Under the pieces are notes generated by a model. The model searched no databases and had not been told where the DNA came from. It saw only the letters and a list, made by a program, of their open reading frames with translations. A stretch of 64,000 nucleotides of DNA from contig JAHPZE010000003.1 in NCBI GenBank assembly GCA_019058365.1, positions 259,448 through 323,447 on the forward strand, in the 5' to 3' direction. Each line of letters opens with the position of its first letter. Within the stretch, counting starts at the first letter, position 1. A program made the translations under genes and the position numbers. Positions 39,560-49,774 of this stretch are shown in pieces. The stretch comes from Promethearchaeota archaeon (GTDB lineage Archaea > Asgardarchaeota > Lokiarchaeia > Sigyniarchaeales > SOKP01).

Positions 39560-42097
39560 GTGAAAAAAAAGATTAGATATTTACTTTTAATTTCTTATCC
39601 CTTCTATTCAATTGGAATTTTTTTAACAGTAAATTCATTTATTTTTAAGTTTAACTTATTAACGCTTCTGACTGATTGGACATTTTTAATAACTTTTGGC
39701 CTCTATTTATTAACTATTGAAGAATTTCTACAATGGGCTAAAAATGGTAAAAGAAGTGAAATGAGTGATATTGTCGCAATATTTTTTTTCTTTTTTCTTA
39801 TTTTTTTCGTTTCAAAAGATTTTCTTACGTCAATAATGGGCGCATTCTCAATATATTTATGGATAGGGATATTTGAATTAAAAGATTATCCTATTATCAA
39901 TAAAATTTTAATAATCTCTCTAATAACTTATAATGCTATTTTTGTTGCTGGTCTTTTTTCTTACTATTTAGGAGATCCAGTTTATATTAATACTAGTTTT
40001 GCATTTTCTTTCTGGATAATCCTCATTCTAGGATTTTTGTTATTTGGAAGAAAATACATAATTGTCTGGCGATTTATGAGCCCTGAATATTTAACTTTAT
40101 TTCTTTATATTATAGCATGGCTAGCTGTTGTATTTATTAACCAATATACTCCACTAACTTTTATTGCAGATAGACCTATTGTTTCTAGCGAATTCAAGAT
40201 TGCTGACCTCTTTTTTAATGTCTATTTTATATTAATTGCAGTTAATTGGGGAATTTATTTCGTATCAGGATTCATCTTGGATAAATTACTCGGAATTCAT
40301 AAAGTTAGAGATGAGAATCTATTGAAGATTATAAATAAAATAAAAGTTGATATTGGAATTAAAGGAAAAGTTACAGTAGGTTTTGGAAAATATCCCATAT
40401 TAAATGCTATGGCGTATGGCTCTGTACTTGATAAACGAATTGCTATTATAGCAGATGATATAAATCAAATTCCTGAAGATGAATTGAAAGGCATTGCGGC
40501 TCATGAATTAGCCCATACAAAAGGAAAACATACTCTTATTTTAACTTTAATTACTTCTGTTGATCTTATCATAAGAATGTTTCTTGGTATTCCTGCTACA
40601 TACTATGATTATACTTTTGGAAATCCGCAGCTTCCAATGATATACTTTATCCTTTTAAATTTAGCGATATATATGATTCTTTTTATACTTGTAAGAATTT
40701 TAGAAGGAAAGGCAGATTTAAAAGCAAAGAAAGCTGGATATGCAAACGAACTTGCCAAAGCTCTTTATAACTTAGAAAGTTTTTATTCTTCTGGTCGAGA
40801 AATTGGATTGAACACTATGCTTTTAAGTGATGAAAAAATCACAAAAGATAACCAACTATTGGATTATATGAATACAGCAATTTATTTAAATCATTCAATG
40901 ATAAAACCACCAAGAGGATCACTTTTGGCTAATTTAATTAATTCCCATCCTCCTAGCTATTATAGGATTGCAGCAATTTTAGGTAATGAATTAAAACCTA
41001 TTAAGGAAGCAATTCTTCCATTTATATGTCTAAAAAAATCTAATCAAAAAAAATATGCAAAAAAATTTGAAGAAGCAAGAGAAAAATTTAAAATCTTAAC
41101 AAATAATAAATTTAAGGATTTTTTTAAAATTGATGATATTTCTCTCTTAATGGAGATACTTAAACGAAGAGAATTATATAAATTTGAAATTCAAAAGCAC
41201 TTTATCTTTAAAAATCTAATTACAGATGAAATTATTTGTGGTAAATTAATTAGTGTTCAATATATTGATAATATAACAGATCCTATCCAATTTGTTATTC
41301 AAAATTTAAAAACAACTCAAAATGTTGTATTAAATCCATCTTTATATTCACACACTCAATATGATTTGAATGGAGAGTACTTCTTGAAAAAGAATATATC
41401 TTTTAAATTAATTGATATTAAATTAAATGAAAATAACAAAGATGGATATTATCTTTTCGTGGACAATAATAATAAAAAGATCCAAAAACCTCTTGTAAAA
41501 ACGAAATTACCAAATTCTCATCTTTTTCTCAAGAATTTTAAAGATCATGAAGTTTTTCTTAAAATTAAAGGAGAAGTTAAAATTTTTAAATGTATAAATA
41601 TAAGTACAGCACCAAAATTAGGTGACTTTAAATTAACTATTATCGACAATGATAATCAGGATGCGAAACTGGTTAATTATTCTCTTAGCGAATTAATAAT
41701 TCGCCCGAAAAAAATTTACTTAGTTATTAGCAAAAACTCTATTTCTCGAAAATCTGAAGTAACTGTATTGAAGTGGTTATCAGAAAAAAAGTTACAAGCC
41801 TTTATATATCTTAAAAAAGCTGTTAATAATTTAGAAATTGGGAATATTCAGAAGATTGACCTCCACTCTCAAGATTTCAAGAAAACTACTCTTAAGAGCA
41901 TGAAGAAAAGAGAAGATGAAATAACAATCAATACCGTTTTTGGGAAGAATATAAAGATTCCTTATAATAAATTAGAATTGATAAGTTTTGAATATAATAC
42001 AGCAATGATACAAATAAAATCATCAACAAGCTTTTCGAGTCGTTTAGGGTATAGAATATTGAAGAAATTCAAACCCGATAGTATAATCATGACTTAA
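39560..42097 (+). CDS. M48 (HtpX/Ste24-like) membrane metalloprotease with large N- and C-terminal extensions
   Basis: NAMAYG, ELKGIAAHELAH, RILEGKAD, SHPP...RI. Confidence 0.8.
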   Translation: MKKKIRYLLLISYPFYSIGIFLTVNSFIFKFNLLTLLTDWTFLITFGLYLLTIEEFLQWAKNGKRSEMSDIVAIFFFFFLIFFVSKDFLTSIMGAFSIYLWIGIFELKDYPIINKILIISLITYNAIFVAGLFSYYLGDPVYINTSFAFSFWIILILGFLLFGRKYIIVWRFMSPEYLTLFLYIIAWLAVVFINQYTPLTFIADRPIVSSEFKIADLFFNVYFILIAVNWGIYFVSGFILDKLLGIHKVRDENLLKIINKIKVDIGIKGKVTVGFGKYPILNAMAYGSVLDKRIAIIADDINQIPEDELKGIAAHELAHTKGKHTLILTLITSVDLIIRMFLGIPATYYDYTFGNPQLPMIYFILLNLAIYMILFILVRILEGKADLKAKKAGYANELAKALYNLESFYSSGREIGLNTMLLSDEKITKDNQLLDYMNTAIYLNHSMIKPPRGSLLANLINSHPPSYYRIAAILGNELKPIKEAILPFICLKKSNQKKYAKKFEEAREKFKILTNNKFKDFFKIDDISLLMEILKRRELYKFEIQKHFIFKNLITDEIICGKLISVQYIDNITDPIQFVIQNLKTTQNVVLNPSLYSHTQYDLNGEYFLKKNISFKLIDIKLNENNKDGYYLFVDNNNKKIQKPLVKTKLPNSHLFLKNFKDHEVFLKIKGEVKIFKCINISTAPKLGDFKLTIIDNDNQDAKLVNYSLSELIIRPKKIYLVISKNSISRKSEVTVLKWLSEKKLQAFIYLKKAVNNLEIGNIQKIDLHSQDFKKTTLKSMKKREDEITINTVFGKNIKIPYNKLELISFEYNTAMIQIKSSTSFSSRLGYRILKKFKPDSIIMT

Positions 42098-42126
42098 AAA
42101 AATTTAATATAAATGTCTCTTTCAAA

Positions 42127-43071
42127 ATGCTTATAATGGGTAGCAAGATAAAAAATATTCTCCATCTTTTAAGGATTCGCCAATATTATAAAAATTTCCT
42201 TATTTTTGTTGGAATTTTTTTTAGCAAACAATTATTTGAAATATCACTTTATTTTACTTTAATAATCGGATTTGTACTATTATGTTGTGCCTCATCACTT
42301 AATTATATAATTAATGATATCAGAGATATTGAAAAAGATAGATCACATCCAGAAAAGATTAAAAAAAAACCTCTTGCTTCCGGTGAAATCTCTGTTTTTT
42401 TTGCTCTAATTATATTCTTCTTACTAATTGCTATTATTATTTTCTTTTTGATTTTTATAATCCCCCCAAATTTGGGTTTTATCACGATGATTATATTTTT
42501 AATCATTACTGGTCAACTATATAATCATCTTTTTAAAAAGTATGCTTTCATTGATATAATTATTTTATCTACTGGATATTTATGGAGAGCATTAGCCGGT
42601 TGCATGATAATTAAACAATTTGTTTCCGCTTGGTTATTTTTAGCCCTATTTGAAGTAGCTATGTTTTTAAGTATAGCAAAAAGAAAAGGTGATTTAGAGT
42701 TTCTCGGAAAGGATAAAGCTATTGAACATAAAAATATATATGACCAATATTCAAGTAGATTATTAGATCAATTTTATATTCTAATAGCAGGTTCATTATT
42801 TATGACTTATTCACTCTATCTAATTCTAATTTTTAATTTGGATGAGCCTGGAATTGCCACATTTTACGAATTTATATCCCTTTTTACAATACCAATTTCG
42901 CTTTATATAATCATGAGATATATGTATTTAACTTCCGCTAAACCTAAAATTGCTCGTAACCCTGAAAAAGCCTTTTTCGACAAAGGAATCATAATAGCTG
43001 GATTTATACTATTTATTATTCTATTTTTTTCTTTTTACTTTGAGAAGATTGTCGAAATGTTAAATTTATAA
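42127..43071 (+). CDS. UbiA family prenyltransferase (decaprenyl-phosphate phosphoribosyltransferase-like)
   Basis: LRIRQYYKN, YIINDIRDIEKDRSHPEK..KPLASG, KRKGDL. Confidence 0.85.
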   Translation: MLIMGSKIKNILHLLRIRQYYKNFLIFVGIFFSKQLFEISLYFTLIIGFVLLCCASSLNYIINDIRDIEKDRSHPEKIKKKPLASGEISVFFALIIFFLLIAIIIFFLIFIIPPNLGFITMIIFLIITGQLYNHLFKKYAFIDIIILSTGYLWRALAGCMIIKQFVSAWLFLALFEVAMFLSIAKRKGDLEFLGKDKAIEHKNIYDQYSSRLLDQFYILIAGSLFMTYSLYLILIFNLDEPGIATFYEFISLFTIPISLYIIMRYMYLTSAKPKIARNPEKAFFDKGIIIAGFILFIILFFSFYFEKIVEMLNL

Positions 43072-43376
43072 CAAATTTCTTCCATTTCTCCCATCATTTC
43101 ACTTTTATTAATTTTTAATTAAAATTTTAGGAAAAATTAAAATTTCAACGAAAATGATGGATTTAATTCGAAATTTGATTTTATTTAGGGAAAATAATAA
43201 AAAATAGAGAAATTTTGAAATTTTCACAGTTAAAAAGCAACTTATCAATCTAAAGTGATTTCATAAAACAATAGAAAAAAAAAGATAAACCTTATAAGTT
43301 TACAAATTTAAACACATATTTAACAACACATTTAATAAAAATTAAAAACAAACATAAAATATTACGTGATTTTAAT

Positions 43377-45188
43377 ATGGAAATGGAAAAGAAAAATTTA
43401 GCCATAATTGTTTTAGCTATTGCTCTTGCTGCTTCAGGAGTAGGCAATATTATCCTTGGAGTAATGAGTGGTGCGATTCAATTACAACCTGGGGAAAAAA
43501 ATACATTAGTTGTTGGATGGGGATCAAATCCTGCGGCTCTTGATCCAATTGATACGTGGGACGTACCTTCCCATGTTATGCAACATCAAAGTACAGAATC
43601 TCTTGTTGAATACAACCTATCAACTCATCCTGATTATGAAATAAAGAAGGTACTTTGTACAGATTATGTTTGGGTGTCTGATACTGTAATCAGCTTTGAA
43701 TTAAGACATGGTGTACAATTCCAAGATGGAACAGCGATGACTGCCGAAGATGTTAAATGGAATTTTGATAGACTTCAATATTTTATTAACGCAACAGGAA
43801 CTCTTCCAGCTAATTCCACATCTTGGGTAGGATTTCCAAGCTCATTATTCTTCTTTACTGATGGTACTCCTATCTTTGACCATTTTATAGCAGATGACGA
43901 TGTAGATCGATACAACTTTACAATAGTTTTAAGTAAACCTTTTGGAGCTTTATTAGATTTACTCTGTTTTGGTGCAACTAATATTTTGTCACCTGAATCT
44001 ACTCCTAGATATACATATTTAGATTTAGCTACTGGTGATATAGTTGGTACTGGTCCTTATGATTATATTCACTTTAAGAGAGATTGGGAAGTAAGATATG
44101 AAGCATTTGCGAACTACTGGGGGGATAAACCCTATTTTGATGAGGTAGTATGTACAATCATTGAAGAGGATACTGCTAGAATGGTTGCGGGTTTAGCCGG
44201 ACAATTTGATTATGTTGGAGGCGTTACAAAAACATATATCGATACTTTTAAAGCTGATTCTGACTTTCATGTAGAAGATGTTGGTGAAGATCTCTGTTAT
44301 TTCTATTTAGAGATTTACTGTGGTCCAATGAGTGTTACTGGAACTATGCTCGTACCAGGTAATCCTCAATACCAGAAAAATCCTGCATACTTAAGACGGG
44401 CTTTAGCATTAGCAATTAACTATACATATATCTACGAAGAAATTCAAGCTGGGTATGCTGTTGAGGGAACTACCGCAGTTCCTCGAGCTATGCCAGGACA
44501 TAATGCATCAGTTGTACAAGCTAGTGATGATAGCTTCACATGGGAAGCAAATATCGTAAAAGCAAGACAACTTTTGTTAGATAACGCTGCTGATATTCTT
44601 GCTCGTGGCGGGATCGATATTTCGTCATTTGATGTTAATACTCCTGGTGATTGGACAGGTAAAGACATACTTAATAGACCCCTTGAAATAAACAGACATT
44701 TTGGAAGTACCACCAACCAACGATTAAATCAATTAATGACCAACAACTTTGACGAGATTGGAATTCAAACTACAGAAACTATAAGAGAGTGGGGTGTTTA
44801 TTTAGATACTGGTGAAAATACTCCTTGGGAAATGGATATTGGATATGTAGGATGGTGCCCAGATTATTTAAATCCATTCAATATGATTGATCCATTATTC
44901 AACTTAGCTTCTGGTTCTTGCTTTTCACGAATTAATGATACTAGTACTGGTGGATTAACTGAATTGATGAATGCGGCTGCAGTTGAAACTGATCCTACAA
45001 CACAATTAAACTATTATATGAAGATACAATCATTAATTTATGACATAAACCGCCCATTAAATCCAGCAAGCCACTGTCATATCTCAGGTTGGGTGTACCT
45101 AGTACAACAAACCCATAAAGCCGACTTAAAGGGAGTTCAATACAACGTTATGACAATGCAAGAATATTCTCACTGGTATTATGAATAA
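43377..45188 (+). CDS. Oligopeptide ABC transporter substrate-binding protein (family 5)
   Basis: N-terminal anchor, LRHGVQFQDGTAMTAEDVKWNFDR, VGTGPY, LRRALALAINY, GWCPDY. Confidence 0.9.
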   Translation: MEMEKKNLAIIVLAIALAASGVGNIILGVMSGAIQLQPGEKNTLVVGWGSNPAALDPIDTWDVPSHVMQHQSTESLVEYNLSTHPDYEIKKVLCTDYVWVSDTVISFELRHGVQFQDGTAMTAEDVKWNFDRLQYFINATGTLPANSTSWVGFPSSLFFFTDGTPIFDHFIADDDVDRYNFTIVLSKPFGALLDLLCFGATNILSPESTPRYTYLDLATGDIVGTGPYDYIHFKRDWEVRYEAFANYWGDKPYFDEVVCTIIEEDTARMVAGLAGQFDYVGGVTKTYIDTFKADSDFHVEDVGEDLCYFYLEIYCGPMSVTGTMLVPGNPQYQKNPAYLRRALALAINYTYIYEEIQAGYAVEGTTAVPRAMPGHNASVVQASDDSFTWEANIVKARQLLLDNAADILARGGIDISSFDVNTPGDWTGKDILNRPLEINRHFGSTTNQRLNQLMTNNFDEIGIQTTETIREWGVYLDTGENTPWEMDIGYVGWCPDYLNPFNMIDPLFNLASGSCFSRINDTSTGGLTELMNAAAVETDPTTQLNYYMKIQSLIYDINRPLNPASHCHISGWVYLVQQTHKADLKGVQYNVMTMQEYSHWYYE

Positions 45189-45403
45189 AACTAAATGGCT
45201 ATAAAAGCAGATAAATTTAAATGATATTATAAAAATTTAATTAATATTTTTTTTTTACTTTATTGTTATCAGTAAAATATTTTGTTGGCAAATCAGCAAT
45301 ATAATTTTGTCACTTTTTTTCACTCTTCAACTAATTTTATTTGTTGTATTTTGTACATATTATTTTAATTAAAATTAAAAAAAAGAGATTTTAACATTAA
45401 ATC

Positions 45404-45592
45404 TTAAAGATTTAATGTCTTTAAAAGCATGCCGTTCAGGAAGACTAAAAGGTTCTTGTCTTCGTTTATTTCTTGAGCCTCCACGTTCTTACCTGCCAAC
45501 TCATAATCGACGGAATAATGTTTTCCCTGATACCTGATATCACCATTACTGATGATTTTCCGCTTTTTTCGCTTCGTAAAATTATGAATTAT
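45404..45592 (-). mobile_element. Transposase C-terminal remnant (IS481/IS21/Mu-type C-terminal beta domain)
   Basis: Start-less minus frame reads ..RKIISNGDIRYQGKHYSVDYELAGKNVEAQE...LLVFLNGMLLKTLNL*; more GC-rich than its flanks. Confidence 0.55.
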
Positions 45593-45839
45593 TGAGATAA
45601 TTAGAAATTTATCGTTCTAAATAAAATTAACTAAAGTCCCAAAAACCTAGTGTCTATTAAAATTTTTTGCCACCATTAAGATATGAAATATTAAAATATA
45701 TGACTGTACTTGTCAAGATAACTTAATGATTTCTCAAATTGACCTAATATTTAATAAAGGATCAAATATAAATTATTTATAATTTTTAATTTACATAATA
45801 ATGTATAAATTCACTTAAACATTAGCTTGAGAATAAACT

Positions 45840-46331
45840 ATGAAATTTTCGAAAATTCTACTCGGTCGGCAAGGAAATTTTATTTTTGGGATCTTATTGA
45901 TTTATTTTGTATTTTTTGGATACATAGCTAATGCTTATCCGAGATACTACGATTCTACAATAAGAAAAACAGTTCCATCACAGGTTGGGCAAAAGTTAAT
46001 CTTTTTATATCAAATATTATTTAATCCGAGTACATTCTTGTCATTTATAATCCTTTTTGCTATTATGTTTTTTGTGTCATTTAGAGAATCATTTTTCGAG
46101 TATGCAATTAAAAATAGTATTTGGTATATTCCAGTAATAATAATAATATCATGGATTTGGTACTGGATAATTTATGGCTTTGACGCTTCTGTGTTTTATA
46201 TCTATTTTATTAGGGTTGAAGGTTATATTACAATACTGACATTATTATGTACTAATCTATTTGCCGCAATATTAGCTTCTGCAACAAATGAGAAGCGAAA
46301 AGTGATGGTAGAGCGAGAATTAGAAATATAA
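45840..46331 (+). CDS. Hypothetical 4-TM membrane protein
   Basis: Four hydrophobic segments; 24 bp upstream of dppB. Confidence 0.6.
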   Translation: MKFSKILLGRQGNFIFGILLIYFVFFGYIANAYPRYYDSTIRKTVPSQVGQKLIFLYQILFNPSTFLSFIILFAIMFFVSFRESFFEYAIKNSIWYIPVIIIISWIWYWIIYGFDASVFYIYFIRVEGYITILTLLCTNLFAAILASATNEKRKVMVERELEI

Positions 46332-46355
46332 TTAAAAATTTTAAGAGGTTCAAAT

Positions 46356-47387
46356 ATGAGTTTATTAAAATATATAATTAGAAGAATTATTGTAATGATT
46401 CCTGTATTATTCGGAGTACTAACCATAACATTTATACTTTCTCGAATGATGCCTGGTGACCCTATTTCAGCTCGATTGGCAGCTGCTGGTGTACATAACG
46501 CACCACCGGAACTCATCCGCCAGTTGAAATGCCAACTTGGACTCTGTGATCCTATAATAGTACAATATTTTCGATACATGGCTGATCTATTTACGGGGAA
46601 TTGGGGTGTATCTGTATCAATTGTAAGAAATCAACCTGTTTGGGATCTTGTTATGACAAGATTTCCTATTACAATAGATCTTACAATATTTTCTATAATA
46701 ATCGCTTCCTATTTAGGAACTAAAGCAGGAGTTGTCTCAGCAGTCCATAGGAATAAAACACCTGATACTATTGTTAGAGGTATTGCCTTAGTAGGTGTAG
46801 CACTTCCCGTATTTTTTCTAGGAATGTTACTTCAATATATTCTAGGTTATCAATTAAAATGGTTTGAACCAGTTGGTTTTTTAAGTTCTGAATATCAAGC
46901 GCCTGCAAGGATTACTGGTTTTATCTATATTGATGCATTTCTATCAGGAGAATGGTATATAATTGGAGATTATGCTTGGCACATGTTTCTCCCTGTATTT
47001 TGTTTATCATTTTTAATGTTGGCATCGATAACAAGACAAACACGTTCCAGCATGCTGGAGGTAATGGAGCAAGATTTTGTAAGAACAGCTAGAGCAAAAG
47101 GCTGTAAAGAAAAAACAGTTATACATTCACACGCATTAAAAAATGCCTTAATTCCTACTGTAACTGTTATTGGATTGAGTATTGCTGGTTTATTAGGCGG
47201 TGCTGTACTAACTGAAACCACCTTTGCATTAAATGGAATGGGAAGCTTATTTGTTGCTGCTATTTTACAATCGGATTATTGGGTTATAACAGCCCTAGTT
47301 TTTATGATAACAATTATTTTTATATCTGCAAATTTAATAACAGACGTTCTCTATGCAATTCTGGATCCAAGAATAAGATATACATAA
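46356..47387 (+). CDS. dppB: Oligopeptide ABC permease DppB/OppB
   Basis: MPGDP, TRSSMLEVMEQDFVRTARAKG, LYAILDPRI. Confidence 0.92.
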   Translation: MSLLKYIIRRIIVMIPVLFGVLTITFILSRMMPGDPISARLAAAGVHNAPPELIRQLKCQLGLCDPIIVQYFRYMADLFTGNWGVSVSIVRNQPVWDLVMTRFPITIDLTIFSIIIASYLGTKAGVVSAVHRNKTPDTIVRGIALVGVALPVFFLGMLLQYILGYQLKWFEPVGFLSSEYQAPARITGFIYIDAFLSGEWYIIGDYAWHMFLPVFCLSFLMLASITRQTRSSMLEVMEQDFVRTARAKGCKEKTVIHSHALKNALIPTVTVIGLSIAGLLGGAVLTETTFALNGMGSLFVAAILQSDYWVITALVFMITIIFISANLITDVLYAILDPRIRYT

Positions 47388-47411
47388 AAATAAAAAAAAG
47401 ATGAAAAAAAA

Positions 47412-48422
47412 ATGGAAAAACCTTATTTAGTATTAGAAGAGGAATTAGAAGAAGAAGTGGAAGAGAAAGAAAAGGTTACAAAAAACATCATATCTTGGAT
47501 TTTTAAGAATATTAAATTTCTTATCCTTCCAGGTTCTCGAATCGAAGAATTATCAACTCGTCAATTTGAATATGAAAAAAGTATCAGTAAAAGAAGTCTG
47601 ATACGAAGATTAAAAAATCCATTAACTATTTTAGGGATTTCCGTAATAATTTTTATTATTACTTTAGCTGTATACGCTCCATGGCTCTCTCCTCAAAGTT
47701 ATGTAGATGCAATGCTCGTTCATTCTGGTTCATGGAATCCTCCATCTCCAGAATATCCTTTAGGACGAACGGCTATGGGGGGTGATGTATTATCAAGACT
47801 AATATGGGGTGCTAGGACTTCTATTACAATCTCTTTACCCTCGATTACAGTTAGTGTAACCGGTGGTGTTCTATTTGGTGTTATTTCTGCATATTTTGGA
47901 GGATGGGTTGATTCTGTAATAATGAGAATCTGTGATGTCATGCTTGCCTTTCCTGCATTAATACTCTCTTTAGTCCTTATTTTTGTTTTTGGAGGATCTA
48001 TTCAAATCATTTTGATGGTCTGGGGATTTTTAGGAATTCCTATTTATGCAAGACTGATTAGAGGTAATGTTTTACAAGCGCGTCAACTCCCATATATAGA
48101 GGCGGCAAAAGTTTCAGGTGCAGGAAACTGGAGAATTATGTTTCGCCACATACTGCCAAATGTAATACAGCCAATTATTGTGTTTTTTACTTTTGATATT
48201 GGATCTTATATCTTAGGTTTAGCAGGACTTTCATTTTTAGGTGTGAATCAAACTATAATGATTGAATGGGGAAATGATATTAATGTGGCAAGGGAGAATC
48301 CCTATGAAGCACCATGGGCAGGATTGTGGCCCGGATTTATGATCTTCCTAACTGTATTAGGATTTATGTTAGTTGGTGATGGTATAAGAGATGCTTTAGA
48401 TCCAAGATTGAAAAACTTATAA
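47412..48422 (+). CDS. dppC: Oligopeptide ABC permease DppC/OppC
   Basis: DVLSRLIWGARTS, YIEAAKVSGA, HILPN, GDGIRDALDPR. Confidence 0.92.
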   Translation: MEKPYLVLEEELEEEVEEKEKVTKNIISWIFKNIKFLILPGSRIEELSTRQFEYEKSISKRSLIRRLKNPLTILGISVIIFIITLAVYAPWLSPQSYVDAMLVHSGSWNPPSPEYPLGRTAMGGDVLSRLIWGARTSITISLPSITVSVTGGVLFGVISAYFGGWVDSVIMRICDVMLAFPALILSLVLIFVFGGSIQIILMVWGFLGIPIYARLIRGNVLQARQLPYIEAAKVSGAGNWRIMFRHILPNVIQPIIVFFTFDIGSYILGLAGLSFLGVNQTIMIEWGNDINVARENPYEAPWAGLWPGFMIFLTVLGFMLVGDGIRDALDPRLKNL

Positions 48423-48480
48423 TTAAATCATGCATTTTTTTTATTAATTTAAACTTAAACTATAGAAAAAAAAGAGAATA

Positions 48481-49743
48481 ATGGAAATTGCAGAAAATGA
48501 GAAAGAACCAATAGTTCTTGCTAAAACTGAATCAAACTCTCCTAAAAAATTACTCGAAGTTAAGAATTTAAAAACATATTTTTATACTGAAGAAGGTATA
48601 GTTAAAGCTGTTGATGGTGTATCTTTTGACATTTATGAAGATGAAGTTCTTGGTCTTGTTGGTGAAACAGGATGTGGTAAATCTGTTACAGCACTTTCAA
48701 TTTTAAGACTTGTAAGAGCACCAGGCAAGATTATTGATGGAAAAATTACCTTTAAAGGAAGATACCTTTTAGAATTAACGGAGAATGAAATGCGAGCGCA
48801 TCGTGGTAAAGAGATTACAATGATCTTTCAAGATCCTTTAAATTCTCTCAATCCTGTTTTTAATGTTGGTAAACAAATTTCAGAAGTCTTTATGTTACAT
48901 CAAGAAGCAGATCTTAAACAAGAACTTGATAATCGTTTATTAGAAAGAAAAAAAAAGATAGATGAAAAAGGGGATTTAAAAGCATTATTAAATAATGACG
49001 ATGGCAGATTATCAGAAGAAGAAAAGAAAGAAATTAAAACTAAAATTGATAAACTTAAAAAAGAAGTATCTCATATCCCTAGATTAAATGACGTAACATC
49101 TGAGTGGGTTGAAAAAATAATAACTGAAGTAGGGATTCCAGATGCAAAAGGAATATTAAAAAGATATCCTCATGAATTAAGTGGTGGAATGAGACAACGT
49201 GTAATGATTGCTATGGCATTATCATGCAATCCAGCTCTTTTAATTGCTGATGAGCCAACTACCGCTTTAGATGTAACTATCCAAGCTCAAATTCTTGATT
49301 TAATGAAAGCTCTGAAAGCTAGATTTAATACGTCAATCCTTATTATAACCCACGACTTGGGAATTATAGCTGAATTATGTAACAGAGTGGCAGTAATGTA
49401 TAGTGGAAATATCGTTGAATATGCAACAGCAGAACGTTTATTCAAAAATCCACGCCACCCATATACAAAAGGATTGATTGGAGCGATTCCAAGTATAGAA
49501 AAAAAGAATAAAAAATTACTAACTATTCGAGGAATGGTTCCAAATCTCATTTATCCCCCATCTGGTTGTAGATTCCATCCCAGATGTGATAATAGACTTG
49601 AAATTTGTGATAAAGTCAAGCCACAATTAAATGAAATCGCTGAACGATATTTTGTGGCATGCCATCTTTTTGATCCAAAATATAAAGATTCACCTAAATT
49701 TGAGCGGATCGAAAAAGAAGGAGAAATTCTTTCTAAAGTATAG
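48481..49743 (+). CDS. dppD: Oligopeptide ABC ATPase DppD/OppD with charged helical insertion
   Basis: [43 protein letters not shown]. Confidence 0.92.
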   Translation: MEIAENEKEPIVLAKTESNSPKKLLEVKNLKTYFYTEEGIVKAVDGVSFDIYEDEVLGLVGETGCGKSVTALSILRLVRAPGKIIDGKITFKGRYLLELTENEMRAHRGKEITMIFQDPLNSLNPVFNVGKQISEVFMLHQEADLKQELDNRLLERKKKIDEKGDLKALLNNDDGRLSEEEKKEIKTKIDKLKKEVSHIPRLNDVTSEWVEKIITEVGIPDAKGILKRYPHELSGGMRQRVMIAMALSCNPALLIADEPTTALDVTIQAQILDLMKALKARFNTSILIITHDLGIIAELCNRVAVMYSGNIVEYATAERLFKNPRHPYTKGLIGAIPSIEKKNKKLLTIRGMVPNLIYPPSGCRFHPRCDNRLEICDKVKPQLNEIAERYFVACHLFDPKYKDSPKFERIEKEGEILSKV

Positions 49744-49774
49744 AATTTAATTCAATTAAAATATTTAAAATAAA

